The notes under the pieces are model-generated. The model saw nothing but the letters and a program-made list of their open reading frames with translations, was not told the origin of the DNA and made no database searches. The position numbers and the translations under genes are program-made. Below are positions 16,807-30,226 of a DNA stretch of 64,000 nucleotides, in pieces. Origin of the DNA: an uncultured Eubacteriales bacterium. Lineage in GTDB: Bacteria > Bacillota > Clostridia > Oscillospirales > CAG-382. How positions within the stretch are numbered: the first letter of the stretch is position 1; every line of letters begins with the position of its first letter. Where the stretch lies: NCBI GenBank assembly GCA_934479825.1, contig CAKSOW010000009.1, positions 18,338 to 82,337 on the forward strand, read 5' to 3'.

Positions 16807-18003
16807 TTATTCAGCGTCAGTTTCGCTTTCAGTATCGGAGTTTGCCGCCTGCTGTTGGGTCACAAGGTCGCTCAGATACTGTTCGCCTTCTTCGATAATC
16901 GGTTTTACCAGTTCATCAAAGTTATCTTTCTTGACGAAATCCGTGCTTGCGATCTTGTCGGTAAAGAATTCGTCGAGATCCGCATAGGCAAGTTCGGAGA
17001 ACTTATCGGAGCTTATGATATTTTCATCGTCAAGCGGCAAACGCTTGATGATATGATAACCGTAATTGGATTCCACGATCTCGCTGATACCGTTTTCTTC
17101 AAGAGCTGTGGTAGCGTTTTCAAATTCCTCCACCATTTCGCCTTTGCCGAAATAGTAGCCGGCGGTATAGGTGCTCATGCCAGGGTCTTCGTTGTATTCC
17201 TCAATGAGCTTGTCAAAATCTTCGCCGTTCTTGGCTTTTTCAAGAACCTCTTCGGCCTTTTTGCGGGTTTCGGCTTTCTGTTCTTCGGTCACTTCCGAGC
17301 CGTCGTCATTGGAGGGGAACTGAATGAGGATATGCTTTGCACGCATATAGCCATTATCATTATAATATTCAAGCGTTTGCTTTTTGATTTCTTCATACTT
17401 TTCGCCGCCGACGCCGTAGAAAGATTCATAAATCTTATTGTAGAGATTGTAGATGGACTCGTTCATCATCATGTAGTACGGGGTAATGGCGTAGGTCTCG
17501 TCAAGAGTGGTTTTCGCGTCATCGCCAAACTGCTGCATGATGGTGTCATAGGTGGCGGAAACGTTGTTGTCAAATTCCTCCTGCGTGAGGGCGAGACCCT
17601 TGGCGGCGGCGGTATTGGCAACAAGGCCGTTCATCTTGACGGCTTCGCTTACATACTTGTCAAAATCGTCTTTATATTCGTCGTTGGTATTCCAATCCGG
17701 ACCGTAGTAGTTGGCGAACTGTTTGACATAGTTGATATAGTAGTAGCGGTATTCGGAATAGGTGATATCGTAGCCGTCGAGCGTCATAACGACCTCGGAG
17801 TCCACGTTTTCCATGCCGACCTTGGCTTCGATCTGCTTGGAAATTTCTTCTAATGAAAGTCCGCCCTCGTTAGACGGCTTGTTGGTGCCGGACGGATCAT
17901 TGGTGTTTTCACCGCCGGGAGTCTTGGTATTGCCGCAGGCCGTAAGGGAAGCAGCCGCCATAACAGCCGCGAGAATCATAGCAACGGTTCTTTTTGTGTT
18001 CAT
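16807..18003 (-). CDS. PrsA/SurA-like peptidylprolyl isomerase lipoprotein
   Basis: GAAAGGA RBS before the ATG at 18003. Lipobox LTACGN. Parvulin motifs MRAKHILIQF and GYHIIKR. Confidence 0.85.
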   Translation of the reverse strand: MNTKRTVAMILAAVMAAASLTACGNTKTPGGENTNDPSGTNKPSNEGGLSLEEISKQIEAKVGMENVDSEVVMTLDGYDITYSEYRYYYINYVKQFANYYGPDWNTNDEYKDDFDKYVSEAVKMNGLVANTAAAKGLALTQEEFDNNVSATYDTIMQQFGDDAKTTLDETYAITPYYMMMNESIYNLYNKIYESFYGVGGEKYEEIKKQTLEYYNDNGYMRAKHILIQFPSNDDGSEVTEEQKAETRKKAEEVLEKAKNGEDFDKLIEEYNEDPGMSTYTAGYYFGKGEMVEEFENATTALEENGISEIVESNYGYHIIKRLPLDDENIISSDKFSELAYADLDEFFTDKIASTDFVKKDNFDELVKPIIEEGEQYLSDLVTQQQAANSDTESETDAE

Positions 18004-18205
18004 ACTAAAAAATCCTTTCATAATCATCCATTTTATAGAATTTAACGGATAGCATTTTAATCATACCTTTTTTATATGAAAACTGTGTGAACTTGACTCA
18101 CAATTTACAATTTGTACAAATTTATGCTGTGAATGTGAGTATAATATATAGTACAAGTGTTCTACTTGGAGACTGCACTATCAATTTCAAGAAAGGAGAA
18201 CGTCC

Positions 18206-20305
18206 ATGGCTGCCGATCTGCGTCAGATACCCGTGACCGTCTTTAAGGGCGTCAGCACTGCACGGGAAAGGCTGTTTGCCGAAGCGGGAATCCATTCCGT
18301 GCAGGATCTTTTGCACTACTATCCGCGCGCCTATGAAAACCGCGGCAATGTCAAGGATGTTTTTGCGGCGGCCGACGGCGAAACCGCCTCCTTTCTGTTG
18401 ACTGTGACAACGCCGCTTACCAATGTGCGCTTAAAATCCGGAAAGACCGGAAAGCCCCTCTCGGTTCAGCATTTTGCGGCCTCCGACGACACTGGCACGG
18501 TACGCGTCTCATTTTTCAACCGCCCGTTCTTGAAGGATACGTTCAAGGTCGGCGCAAAATTTCGCTTTTACGGCACATTGGAACGCACGCCGCGCGGGAT
18601 TTCTCTATCTTCGCCGGAGTTTGAGTCTTTTGCGCCGGAGGTCCCTCTGCCGCCGTTCGTGCCGGTTTATCCGCTTGTGGCAGGGCTGACGCAGAAAATC
18701 CTTTCGGGCTGTATGAAACAGGCTCTTGAAACGTATAAAGAGGATATTACCGAAACGCTGGACAAGGAGCTTTTGGAACGTCTCGGATTTCCGGAGCGGT
18801 ATGCGGCGTTATGCGAACTGCATTTTCCGAGTGATACGGATTCCCTGCAAAAGGCAAGGCGGCGTTTCGCCTTTGAAGAACTGTACGACTTCAAGGTTCG
18901 CACAGCCGAACTCGGTAAAAAGGCACGCGCCGGAAAAGCGCTTCGCCTGCATTATCCGGACATGCGTGCGTTTACCGCACGTCTTCCGTTCACGCTTACC
19001 CATGCGCAAAAGCTTGCCATACAGGATATTTTAAAGGATATGACCGCCGTCGCCTCGCCGGACGAGGAAAAGAAAGTACAGAACCGCTCAGGTGCCGCCT
19101 ATACGCGGCCGGCAAGACGGTTGGTTCAGGGAGATGTCGGCTGCGGCAAGACCGTCGTCGCCGCGGCGGCGGTATATGCTGCCGTGCAAAGCGGCGCCCA
19201 GGCGGCTCTCATGGCGCCGACCGGGATTTTGGCACGACAGCACTACGAAGAACTAAGCGGACTTTTAGGCGTATTCGGCATTAAGACGGTCTTATTGGTC
19301 GGCGGCATGAAAGCCGTGGAAAAACGTGCGGCGCTCGAAAGTCTTGCCGACGGATCGGCCGGTTTTGCAGTCGGCACGCATGCGTTGATTGAAGAAAACG
19401 TTGTTTTCCGGAATTTAGCGTTGACTGTGACCGACGAACAGCATCGGTTCGGCGTTTTACAGCGTTCCACGTTGGAACACAAGAGCGCGCAGGGCTTGAA
19501 GCCGCACACGATCGTTATGTCCGCCACCCCCATTCCGCGCACGCTTGCCATGATCCTGTACTGCGATCTGGATATCAGCGTCATTGACGAACTGCCCAAA
19601 GGGCGTCAACCGGTAGAGACCTATGCAGTGGGGACAGGCATGCGCACGCGCGTATATAAATTTATTGCCGGAGAGATAAGCGCCGGACACCAGGCGTACA
19701 TCGTCTGTCCGTTAGCCGAGAATGACGACGGGAAGCCCCAGCCGGACGAGCTTATGTCGGTGCGCGAATATGCGGATTCTCTGAAAAACACACCGCTTTC
19801 GGAAACGCGGATTGCCTACATTCACGGAAAAATGAAACCGTCCGAAAAAGACCGTATCATGACCGATTTCGCCTTGCATCAGATTGATGTGTTGGTTTCA
19901 ACCACCGTTATTGAGGTTGGCGTGAATGTGCCGAACGCGACGGTCATGTTCATTGAAAACGCTGAGCGGTTCGGTCTTTCGCAGTTGCATCAATTACGCG
20001 GACGCGTCGGACGCGGCAAAGACAAGGCCTACTGCATTCTGCTTTCGCCGCTCATGAAAAAGGCGAAAAGTTCCGGAAAGCCGGACAGTCCCTTTGCCAA
20101 GCGCATGGAGGTGCTGTGTCAGACGACCAACGGTTTTGTCATTGCCGAAAAGGATTTGGAGCTTCGCGGACCGGGCGAATTTTTCGGAACCCGTCAGAGC
20201 GGCGAGCTTGCTTTCCGCTTTGCCGATATCACCGACAGCGCCCTGTTGCAGACCGCTGATGAAGAAGCGGAAAGAACATTAAACAGAAAACAAAAGAAAG
20301 GATGA
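18206..20305 (+). CDS. recG: ATP-dependent DNA helicase RecG
   Basis: Wedge domain, Walker [28 protein letters not shown]. Confidence 0.95.
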   Translation: MAADLRQIPVTVFKGVSTARERLFAEAGIHSVQDLLHYYPRAYENRGNVKDVFAAADGETASFLLTVTTPLTNVRLKSGKTGKPLSVQHFAASDDTGTVRVSFFNRPFLKDTFKVGAKFRFYGTLERTPRGISLSSPEFESFAPEVPLPPFVPVYPLVAGLTQKILSGCMKQALETYKEDITETLDKELLERLGFPERYAALCELHFPSDTDSLQKARRRFAFEELYDFKVRTAELGKKARAGKALRLHYPDMRAFTARLPFTLTHAQKLAIQDILKDMTAVASPDEEKKVQNRSGAAYTRPARRLVQGDVGCGKTVVAAAAVYAAVQSGAQAALMAPTGILARQHYEELSGLLGVFGIKTVLLVGGMKAVEKRAALESLADGSAGFAVGTHALIEENVVFRNLALTVTDEQHRFGVLQRSTLEHKSAQGLKPHTIVMSATPIPRTLAMILYCDLDISVIDELPKGRQPVETYAVGTGMRTRVYKFIAGEISAGHQAYIVCPLAENDDGKPQPDELMSVREYADSLKNTPLSETRIAYIHGKMKPSEKDRIMTDFALHQIDVLVSTTVIEVGVNVPNATVMFIENAERFGLSQLHQLRGRVGRGKDKAYCILLSPLMKKAKSSGKPDSPFAKRMEVLCQTTNGFVIAEKDLELRGPGEFFGTRQSGELAFRFADITDSALLQTADEEAERTLNRKQKKG

Positions 20306-23280
20306 TTCCTTTGGTAAATAAATACATTCGCGTCTATGGTGCGCGGGAAAACAATTTGAAAAACATCGACGTCACCATTCCGCGCGACAAGATGGTTGTA
20401 TTCACAGGCCTTTCCGGTTCCGGAAAATCGTCGCTTGCATTTGACACCATCTACGCCGAGGGGCACAGACGGTTTGTCGAGTCGCTCTCCTCTTATGCGC
20501 GCATGTTTCTCGGACAATTGGACAAGCCGGATGTTGACCGGATCGAGGGGCTTTCGCCTGCCATTTCCATCGACCAGAAAACTACCTCCAAAAATCCGCG
20601 TTCCACGGTCGGAACGGTAACGGAGATCTATGACTATCTGCGTCTGTTGTATGCCCGGTGCGGCACACCGCACTGTCCGATCTGCGGCAAAGAGATCGTC
20701 AAGCGAACCATTGACAGCATTCTCGACGAAATCATGGAGCTGCCCGAGGGAACGAAATTCTATGTTCTTGCGCCGCTTGTCAAGCAGAAAAAAGGAACCC
20801 ATGCCAAACTGCTTGCCGACCTGTTGAAGAGCGGCTATGTACGCGTGCGCGTAGACGGCGGTATTTATAACTTGACCGACAATTTTGACTTGGACAAAAA
20901 TCTGCGTCATGATATCGATGTCGTGGTTGACCGTCTTGTCATGAAAAGCGATATTCGCACCCGTCTTTCCGATTCGGTGGAAAACGCGTGCAAAGCGGCC
21001 GGCGGTCTTGTCATCATCGCCCTGCACGACGGAGAGATCGACGGCAAAAAAGAGCGTCTGTTTTCACAGAATTTTGCCTGCACCGAGCACGGCGTCAGCT
21101 TAGGAGAATTAGAGCCGCGCATGTTTTCGTTCAACAGCCCGTTCGGCGCCTGTGCCGAATGCGGCGGGCTTGGCGAAAAATTTGAGTTTTCCCCGGACAA
21201 ACTGTTTCCGGACAAAAATCTGTCGCTTGCCATGGGGGCTTGCGTCTGCAATGGGTTTAAATCGATCACGTCCGAATCGTGGAGCGGCAGCGGAATCAAC
21301 GAGGCTCTTGCTCCGTTCGGCTATGATATCCACACGCCGTTAAACAAGATGAGCGACAAAGCCTTGCACATGCTGTACTACGGAAACGGCGAGAAGATAA
21401 AGTATTCTTACCGAGGCTACGCCCTGAATTTTGCCGGTATCATTTCGGATATCAAGCGGCGTTACGAAATGTGCGAGAATTCGCCGGATCAGCGCGAATA
21501 CTACGAACAGTTCATGGAAACCGTCGAATGCCCCTCCTGTCACGGAAAACGATTGAAAAAAGAAACGCTTGCGGTCACGGTGGGCGGACTCAACATTGCC
21601 GATGTCTGCGAACTTGCCGTAAAAAACTCGCTTGATTTCTTCAACAATCTGACGCTCGACCACCAAAACGCCGTCATTGCCAAAGACATTTTAAAGGAGA
21701 TCCGCGAACGGTTGGGCTTTCTTTGCAGTGTGGGGTTGGAATATCTGACGCTTGCCAGACGCGCCGGAACGCTTTCGGGCGGTGAAAGCCAGCGCATCCG
21801 GCTTGCCACGCAGATCGGTTCTTCACTCATGGGCGTGCTGTATATTTTGGATGAACCGAGTATCGGGCTGCATCAGCGCGACAACACGAAGTTGATCGAG
21901 ACGTTAAAAAAGCTGCGTGACTTGGGAAACACCTTAATTGTGGTTGAGCACGACGAAGAGACCATGCTTTCTTCGGATTATATTGTCGATATCGGTCCGG
22001 GCGCCGGCATTCACGGCGGAAACGTGATTGCCTGCGGCACGCCGGAGGAGATCATGAAGAAAAAAGGAACGGCGACCGGAGACTTTCTTTCGGGTCGGCG
22101 GCGTATCGCCGTTCCCGAAACCCGACGCGACTGCGGCGGCCGGTATTTGGAGATCTACGGTGCGGCAGAGCATAACTTGAAACACATTGACGTCAAGATT
22201 CCGCTCGGCGTTTTCACCTGCATTACCGGCGTGTCCGGTTCGGGAAAGAGTTCGCTGATAAACGGCATCGTTCTTCCGGCATTAGCGCATGAATTAAACG
22301 GTTCATACGCGTTACCGGGAAAATATGACCGTTTGGAGGGGATCCGTTGGCTTGACAAGGTCATAAGCATCGACCAATCGCCTATCGGGCGCACGCCGCG
22401 TTCTAATCCAGCCACCTATACCGGTTTGTTTACCGATATCCGTGCGCTGTTTGCCTCCACTCAGGACGCGCAGATCCGCGGATTCAAACAGGATCGTTTT
22501 TCGTTCAACCTCAAAGGCGGCCGCTGTGAAGCCTGCCAGGGAGACGGAACGTTGAAGATCGAAATGCATTTTTTACCGGACGTATATGTTACCTGCGATA
22601 CCTGTCACGGCAAGCGGTATAACCGGGAAACGCTGGAGGTCAAATACAAGGGCAAAAACATTTCGGATGTATTGGAAATGACGGTAGACGAGGGATGCGA
22701 ATTCTTTGCCAATCTGCCCAAGCTGTACCGCCGTTTGAAAACATTGCAGGATGTGGGACTCGGCTATATCAAGATCGGTCAGTCCTCCACTACCCTTTCG
22801 GGCGGTGAAGCACAGCGTGTGAAACTTGCCGCCGAGCTTTCCAAAATCGGCACGGGCAAGACCATGTATATTCTCGACGAGCCGACTACGGGACTTCACA
22901 CGGCCGACGTGGAAAAGCTTATTGAAGTGCTGATGCGTCTTGTGGATGCCGGGAACAGTGTGGTCGTCATTGAACACAACCTCGATATGATAAAGACAGC
23001 CGATTATATCATTGACCTCGGTCCGGAGGGCGGCGACGGCGGCGGAACGGTGGTCGCGACCGGAACGCCGGAGGAAGTGGCTGAATGTGAAACATCGTAC
23101 ACCGGGCAGTATTTGAAGAAAATGCTGTCAGGCGAATTCTATACCGAAGCACTTGAAAAGAATAACAAGGACGCACAGCCGAAAAAATCGGAAGAACCGA
23201 AGAAAACGGTCAAAAAGGAATCGGCTAAAGCAAAAAAAAGTGCCAAAGAAAAAAAGAAAGCTGATAAAGCAGAGAAATGA
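20302..23280 (+). CDS. uvrA: Excinuclease ABC subunit A
   Basis: [14 protein letters not shown], two ABC modules and zinc-finger Cys pairs. The start overlaps recG in an ATGA. The C-terminal tail is Lys-rich. Confidence 0.97.
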   Translation: MIPLVNKYIRVYGARENNLKNIDVTIPRDKMVVFTGLSGSGKSSLAFDTIYAEGHRRFVESLSSYARMFLGQLDKPDVDRIEGLSPAISIDQKTTSKNPRSTVGTVTEIYDYLRLLYARCGTPHCPICGKEIVKRTIDSILDEIMELPEGTKFYVLAPLVKQKKGTHAKLLADLLKSGYVRVRVDGGIYNLTDNFDLDKNLRHDIDVVVDRLVMKSDIRTRLSDSVENACKAAGGLVIIALHDGEIDGKKERLFSQNFACTEHGVSLGELEPRMFSFNSPFGACAECGGLGEKFEFSPDKLFPDKNLSLAMGACVCNGFKSITSESWSGSGINEALAPFGYDIHTPLNKMSDKALHMLYYGNGEKIKYSYRGYALNFAGIISDIKRRYEMCENSPDQREYYEQFMETVECPSCHGKRLKKETLAVTVGGLNIADVCELAVKNSLDFFNNLTLDHQNAVIAKDILKEIRERLGFLCSVGLEYLTLARRAGTLSGGESQRIRLATQIGSSLMGVLYILDEPSIGLHQRDNTKLIETLKKLRDLGNTLIVVEHDEETMLSSDYIVDIGPGAGIHGGNVIACGTPEEIMKKKGTATGDFLSGRRRIAVPETRRDCGGRYLEIYGAAEHNLKHIDVKIPLGVFTCITGVSGSGKSSLINGIVLPALAHELNGSYALPGKYDRLEGIRWLDKVISIDQSPIGRTPRSNPATYTGLFTDIRALFASTQDAQIRGFKQDRFSFNLKGGRCEACQGDGTLKIEMHFLPDVYVTCDTCHGKRYNRETLEVKYKGKNISDVLEMTVDEGCEFFANLPKLYRRLKTLQDVGLGYIKIGQSSTTLSGGEAQRVKLAAELSKIGTGKTMYILDEPTTGLHTADVEKLIEVLMRLVDAGNSVVVIEHNLDMIKTADYIIDLGPEGGDGGGTVVATGTPEEVAECETSYTGQYLKKMLSGEFYTEALEKNNKDAQPKKSEEPKKTVKKESAKAKKSAKEKKKADKAEK

Positions 23281-23288
23281 AAAAAGGA

Positions 23289-23323
23289 ACCGGCGGTGCA
23301 AGATAATTTCTTGCACCGCCGGT
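23289..23323. terminator. Bidirectional terminator between uvrA and the convergent AraC-type gene
   Basis: Perfect 14-bp stem accggcggtgcaag / cttgcaccgccggt, flanked by A- and T-runs. Confidence 0.75.
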
Positions 23324-23336
23324 CTTTTTGCCGATA

Positions 23337-24218
23337 TTACTTTGTCTTTTCGTTTACCGCAATCCATATCTCGCACTGATAATCCGGATCCTTGGTATCT
23401 GCCGACGCATAGACCTCAAATTCGACCTTTTCGGCATATTCGTATTGGGAGCTTTGCGGAAAGAATTCCGTAACGATCCTGTGATAAGTCTCGATAAACG
23501 CGTCCGGCATTTTGCCTTTACTGGTAAAGACCGCATAGGTGCTTGCCGGAATGGTGATAACCTCAAAGCCGTCGTCAAGCTTTCTTCCGTCGTACTCCAC
23601 GCCGATGCCGTAAGGAAATTGCTTTGCATCCAGTTCAGCTGAAAAACAGATTCCGAGCAAACCTTTCATGACCGGCTTTTCCGGCATATAAGAAATCAGC
23701 TTTTCCATCGTTCCGTCTGCCCCGAATTCCTGCCACATAGCGGTAATATCCGGCGTGGCGCTTGCCGACATCGGCTTGCCGACCTGTTTGCGCTTGCAGA
23801 CAACCTGAAACGCATCTCTCTTTTCAATTCTGTAATCCATTTTAACTCCTCCTGTTAAGGTTAATTTTACAGACAGGGGCGTAAATGTCTTGACAGGACC
23901 GCCATGTTTGGCTTCACTGGGTGAAAGGCCGTGAAAGCGCGTAAAGGCACGGGAAAAGCTTTCGGGCGTATCGTATCCGTACTTTAAAGCAACGTCAATA
24001 ATCTTTGCATTTTTCCCGGACAGTTCTTCCCCTGCAAGAGAAAGCCGCCGCATACGAATATAGTCGCCGAGCGAAAAGCCGCACAGAATACCGAATATTC
24101 TCTGAAAATGAAACGAAGAGGAATAGGCTCTTTTCGCCACTTCTTCATAGTCGATCTCTTCGGTGAGATTGGTTTCCACATAGTCGATTGCTCTTTGTAT
24201 TCCCTGTATCCAATCCAT
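23337..24218 (-). CDS. AraC-family (MarA/Rob-like HTH) regulator with a GyrI-like effector-binding domain
   Basis: N-terminal double helix-turn-helix (YSSSFHFQRIFG, YGYDTPESFSRAFTRFHG). The C-terminal half is GyrI-like/SRPBCC-like. Confidence 0.85.
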   Translation of the reverse strand: MDWIQGIQRAIDYVETNLTEEIDYEEVAKRAYSSSFHFQRIFGILCGFSLGDYIRMRRLSLAGEELSGKNAKIIDVALKYGYDTPESFSRAFTRFHGLSPSEAKHGGPVKTFTPLSVKLTLTGGVKMDYRIEKRDAFQVVCKRKQVGKPMSASATPDITAMWQEFGADGTMEKLISYMPEKPVMKGLLGICFSAELDAKQFPYGIGVEYDGRKLDDGFEVITIPASTYAVFTSKGKMPDAFIETYHRIVTEFFPQSSQYEYAEKVEFEVYASADTKDPDYQCEIWIAVNEKTK

Positions 24219-24338
24219 ATGTCCGTTCCCTTTCTGTGCTTACAGTATAGCATAAAGTAAAAGCCGTTTCTTGATTTTCCATGCGCTCGGGTGTCAGGAA
24301 ACCTTGTTTGCGCGGTATGTAAAATGTGCCAAAAAAAG

Positions 24339-24371
24339 ACCGGGACAGGCCGTTGTTCGGCGCATCCCGGT
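24339..24371 (-). terminator. Putative terminator of the 24409-25341 gene
   Basis: Stem accggga / tcccggt, with a T-run on the minus strand (A-run at 24331-24337 on plus). Confidence 0.45.
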
Positions 24372-24408
24372 GTGTAGCTGTATTTACAGCTGTTTTTCGC
24401 TTTTGGCG

Positions 24409-25341
24409 TTATGCAGCAGCATCTTCGCCGTCGGTGTTGTCCGCTTCAACCGTTTCATCTGCGTTATCTGCATTGTCTGCGGCGTCATCAGCCGTATTGG
24501 TATCGGCGTCGGCATTGTCAGTGTTTTCATCCGCATTGTCAGCCGTGCCATCGGTCGTATCCGTGTTCGATTCTTCCTCCTTGGCGGCCTGTTCTTCATA
24601 GTATTCGGTCAATGTGGTTTCTTTGAGCGTCCAGCTGGATGCGTCGTTGAAATCAACCGTACCGTCCTCTTTCGGAACAACGGTGTATGCCATTGAAACG
24701 ATAACCTTGTCCGCAACTGCGTCAAGCGGCGACCAATCTTCGATGCTGTTGCCGGTAAGGGTAAGTCTTACAAGCTTGTCGGCGTCAAGGCCGGAAAAAC
24801 CGGCGACTTCCGTCAGGCCGCAGCTCGAAAACGAACCGTTTTCGATACCGGTCATGCCGGAAAAAACAGCAGAATCAGTCACGGTAATACCGCTGACTTC
24901 GATGTTGCGCACACCGGTGAAGTATTTCAATTCATCCAGTTTGGGAGCCGTTTCGCCCTTATAGGTGTAAGCCGCAGCTTTGATCAGCTTGGAAAAATCG
25001 TAGGAGGAGACATCCTCGCCTGCATCCTGTTTTTCCTTGTATTCTGCATAAGTATCGACAAATTCATCGCCGCCGGTGATGACCTGTACCGTTTCGCTTC
25101 CGTCATAGGAAACGCCGAGATATTTAACGGCCGCAAGATCGCTTTCTTTTAAGAAAGCAGGCGCTTTGCCGAGATCCTTCGCAATGGCTGCGGCAAATTT
25201 CTGATCTTCAAACAGCGAAGAACGGGAGGTCAGTTCGCCGTAAACGATATACACGATCGCGGCAAGAACGACCAGAATTGCAACAAGCAGAACAATAAAC
25301 GTGTTCTTCTGCTTTTTTTGTGAAGTGGATAACTGTGCCAT
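24409..25341 (-). CDS. Membrane-anchored hypothetical protein with an acidic D/N/A/T-rich repeat tail
   Basis: GGAGGA RBS before the ATG at 25341. One N-terminal TM helix. C-terminal low-complexity tail TADNADENTDNADADTNTADDAADNADNAD. Confidence 0.7.
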   Translation of the reverse strand: MAQLSTSQKKQKNTFIVLLVAILVVLAAIVYIVYGELTSRSSLFEDQKFAAAIAKDLGKAPAFLKESDLAAVKYLGVSYDGSETVQVITGGDEFVDTYAEYKEKQDAGEDVSSYDFSKLIKAAAYTYKGETAPKLDELKYFTGVRNIEVSGITVTDSAVFSGMTGIENGSFSSCGLTEVAGFSGLDADKLVRLTLTGNSIEDWSPLDAVADKVIVSMAYTVVPKEDGTVDFNDASSWTLKETTLTEYYEEQAAKEEESNTDTTDGTADNADENTDNADADTNTADDAADNADNADETVEADNTDGEDAAA

Positions 25342-25403
25342 AATGTCCTCCAAAATATGAAAATAATCGATGTTTGCGGTGATTCCGCAAAACTACATGT
25401 TGT

Positions 25404-25432
25404 ATTATAGCACTCTTTTTACAAAAAAGCAA
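25404..25432 (-). promoter_or_regulatory. Sigma-70-type promoter (minus strand)
   Basis: On the minus strand: TTGCTT, 17-nt spacer, TATAAT with an upstream TGC. Confidence 0.5.
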
Positions 25433-25560
25433 CAGTTTTTTGCAGGATTTTGTGCGTTTTCATCGTTATTTTTGAGATTTCCGGAAAAATCCGTTTCCGA
25501 AAGCAGAAAAAGTGCCGCAACTGCCCCTGTCACAGAGATACGGAAACCGTTTATAACCGT

Positions 25561-26736
25561 TTATAACCGTTTCAACAGTTCCTCGCACGCACGCTCACAA
25601 TAGCTTTCGTACAGGCCGCAGTCGCGCAGATAAAACAAAACCGTGTAGCGGTCGCGTAACGTCAGCGCACGTTTCATGCCGGAAAGCATCGTTTCGCGGT
25701 CGGTGACGGTCGGCGGCACATGCATGTCCTTGCAGAATTTTTCCACTTTTTCAAAATACGGCATATACCGGCCGGCAAGCTCTTTCAGATGTTCGTCGTT
25801 GCTTTCCTCTGACAGCATTTCATAGAGAATCGCCACAAGCCGCGTCGCTTCACAGACTTCTAATCCATGCAGATGGGGCTTGTTTCCTTTTTCCACATCG
25901 TCAAGCTCCCATGCGTGCGCGATGATATGTTCCGAACCGGAGGCCGGACGGGAATTTCCGGTATAGGCCATGCCTAATCCCGTGACTAAAAAGCCTCTCA
26001 TGATCTTTTCGATGCTGTCGGGGTTCCGGTTTTCCAAGTCATATCCGTTTTTAAGGCAAGCGTCGGTGGCGGCAAGCACCTCCGAAGCAATCTTATCGCA
26101 GAAGTATTCGCCGGTGTAATCACGCGCTAACTCCCAGTCGAGAAGTCCCGTATATTTGCCGAACATATCACCAATGCCGGCAAACAGCATGTCGCGCGGC
26201 GCGTCTTTTATAATATCAAGGTCGGCAATCAGGTATTTGGGCGTGGTCGCCTGGACGGTAGACTTTGTTCCGTCATGTAAGATCGGCGAACCGGCTGAAA
26301 CATACCCATCCATGGAAGGCGCTGTCGCACACACGGCATACGGCAATCCCAAACGATATGAAACGAGCCGGCAACTGTCGTTGATCGTTCCCGATCCGAC
26401 CGCTAAAACAAGGTCGGGAAGCGGTGAATAGGTGAAAATATCGCTTTTGGCATTTGGGTCGTGCGCATAAAGAAGTATTTTGCCCAAAGTTTCCGCATTG
26501 GGCAAAACGGGATCGCCGTCAATGACATAAAAATGCGAAAGCTTTCCGGCTTGCCGCAAAATCTCACACACACGTTTACCGCACACCGCATAGGTGTTTG
26601 TATCGGCCACTACATAGATACGGCGGTAATCCTGCAAAACCTCTGGCAGTTTTTCCAAAGCCCTGCGGGAAATCTCCGCTTTTTCAAACGGCGCTCTGTG
26701 AACGCCGCGTTCACAGGTACAGGCAAATTCGATCAT
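25561..26736 (-). CDS. sn-Glycerol-1-phosphate dehydrogenase (AraM/EgsA-like, iron-ADH superfamily)
   Basis: GSGTINDSCR, APSMDGYVSAGSPI, AGIGDMFGKYT, GSEHIIAH. Confidence 0.8.
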   Translation of the reverse strand: MIEFACTCERGVHRAPFEKAEISRRALEKLPEVLQDYRRIYVVADTNTYAVCGKRVCEILRQAGKLSHFYVIDGDPVLPNAETLGKILLYAHDPNAKSDIFTYSPLPDLVLAVGSGTINDSCRLVSYRLGLPYAVCATAPSMDGYVSAGSPILHDGTKSTVQATTPKYLIADLDIIKDAPRDMLFAGIGDMFGKYTGLLDWELARDYTGEYFCDKIASEVLAATDACLKNGYDLENRNPDSIEKIMRGFLVTGLGMAYTGNSRPASGSEHIIAHAWELDDVEKGNKPHLHGLEVCEATRLVAILYEMLSEESNDEHLKELAGRYMPYFEKVEKFCKDMHVPPTVTDRETMLSGMKRALTLRDRYTVLFYLRDCGLYESYCERACEELLKRL

Positions 26737-26840
26737 GCTGTTCTCTCCCCTTTGTTTTTTCTGTCAACAGTATAACACCGCCTAACGCCGATTTCAAGCA
26801 TTTTCACACTTTTTTACAAAAAAGCGTGCTTTTTCGAGTA

Positions 26841-28962
<2,122 letters not shown>

Positions 28963-29158
28963 GCCGAAATAGAGACGAAAACAAACATTTTCTTTTGGGT
29001 GTTTACAAAAAAAGAGATAGTTTGAAATTGATTTGTAACCCAAAAATTTTACGGTTCTATTATAATATATTTTGATTGCGAGAGTATAACTTACGCGGTT
29101 TGTGAATGATTTAACAAAAATGACATTCCGACGGCGTTTCAGAAAGGATAAGAGTATT

Positions 29159-30226
29159 ATGAACAAGACATTTAAAAGAATCGGTGTACTGACTTCGGGC
29201 GGCGACGCGCCCGGCATGAATGCCGCCATCCGTGCGGTGGTCAGAAGCGCCTCCTATAAAGGCATTGAAGTCATGGGTATTTATTGCGGTTACAAGGGAC
29301 TTCTTGAAAACGACATGAAGCTTTTAACGCCGCGCGATGTTTCCAATATCATCAACCACGGCGGCACAATGTTATATTCGGATCGCTGCGACAAATTCAA
29401 GACTCCCGAAGGAATTGCCCTTGCTGTTGAAAACTGCCGCAAGAACGGCATTGACGGTATTGTCACCATCGGCGGCGACGGCACGTTCCGCGGCGCGACC
29501 GATCTGTCCCGTGCGGGTATTCCGTGTATCGGCATTCCCGGCACGATTGATGACGATATTTCAGCAACGGAATACACCATCGGTTATGATACGGCCAAGA
29601 ACACGGTTATCGAAATGGTAGACCGTCTGCGTGACACTTGCGAAAGCCATGCAAGATGCAATGTTGTTGAGGTTATGGGACGCAACGCCGGTTATATCGC
29701 GCTTGACTGCGGTATTGCAGTCGGTGCGGTCGGTATTGCTATCCGTGAAATTCCGTTTGACAGAGCTGATTTGATTAACCGTATAAGCACGCTTTCCAAA
29801 GAAGGCAAGAGAAACTTTATCGTCATCGCGTCCGAAGGGCTTGGTGCGACACACACGGAGGAGCTTGCCACGGAAATTCAAGCGTCTACCGGTATTGAAA
29901 CGCGTTTTGCCCGCCTTGCGCATGTACAGCGCGGCGGTTCGCCGACCTGCATAGATCGCGTTGTTGCGACCATGATGGGCGACAGAGCGGTAGATTTACT
30001 GCTTGACGGCAAATACAATCTTGTTGTCTGCTACAATCAGGCAAAGATCTGTGAAGTGGAAATGGAATATGCTTTTGAGCTTGACCGCATTGTCAAGGGC
30101 AAGGCAACCGAAGAAGAAATTGCGGCGTTAGAACCGTCGGTACGTGAAAAGATGCTTGCCGAAGCCAAAGAGCTTCATGACGGCATGCAGAAGATGTACG
30201 ATGTTGCCAAGATCATGGCGCGCTAA
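29159..30226 (+). CDS. pfkA: ATP-dependent 6-phosphofructokinase
   Basis: AAAGGA RBS before the ATG at 29159. GVLTSGGDAPGMNAAIR, IGGDGTF, PGTIDDDI. Confidence 0.95.
   Translation: MNKTFKRIGVLTSGGDAPGMNAAIRAVVRSASYKGIEVMGIYCGYKGLLENDMKLLTPRDVSNIINHGGTMLYSDRCDKFKTPEGIALAVENCRKNGIDGIVTIGGDGTFRGATDLSRAGIPCIGIPGTIDDDISATEYTIGYDTAKNTVIEMVDRLRDTCESHARCNVVEVMGRNAGYIALDCGIAVGAVGIAIREIPFDRADLINRISTLSKEGKRNFIVIASEGLGATHTEELATEIQASTGIETRFARLAHVQRGGSPTCIDRVVATMMGDRAVDLLLDGKYNLVVCYNQAKICEVEMEYAFELDRIVKGKATEEEIAALEPSVREKMLAEAKELHDGMQKMYDVAKIMAR

Noticed and set aside
16855-17853. 332-aa plus-strand ORF
   Set aside because: It is antisense to the well-supported PrsA-like lipoprotein gene. It is low-complexity (F/V/G/I-rich) with no RBS.
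20194-21027. 277-aa minus-strand ORF
   Set aside because: It is antisense to uvrA, an artefact of the GC-rich codon structure.
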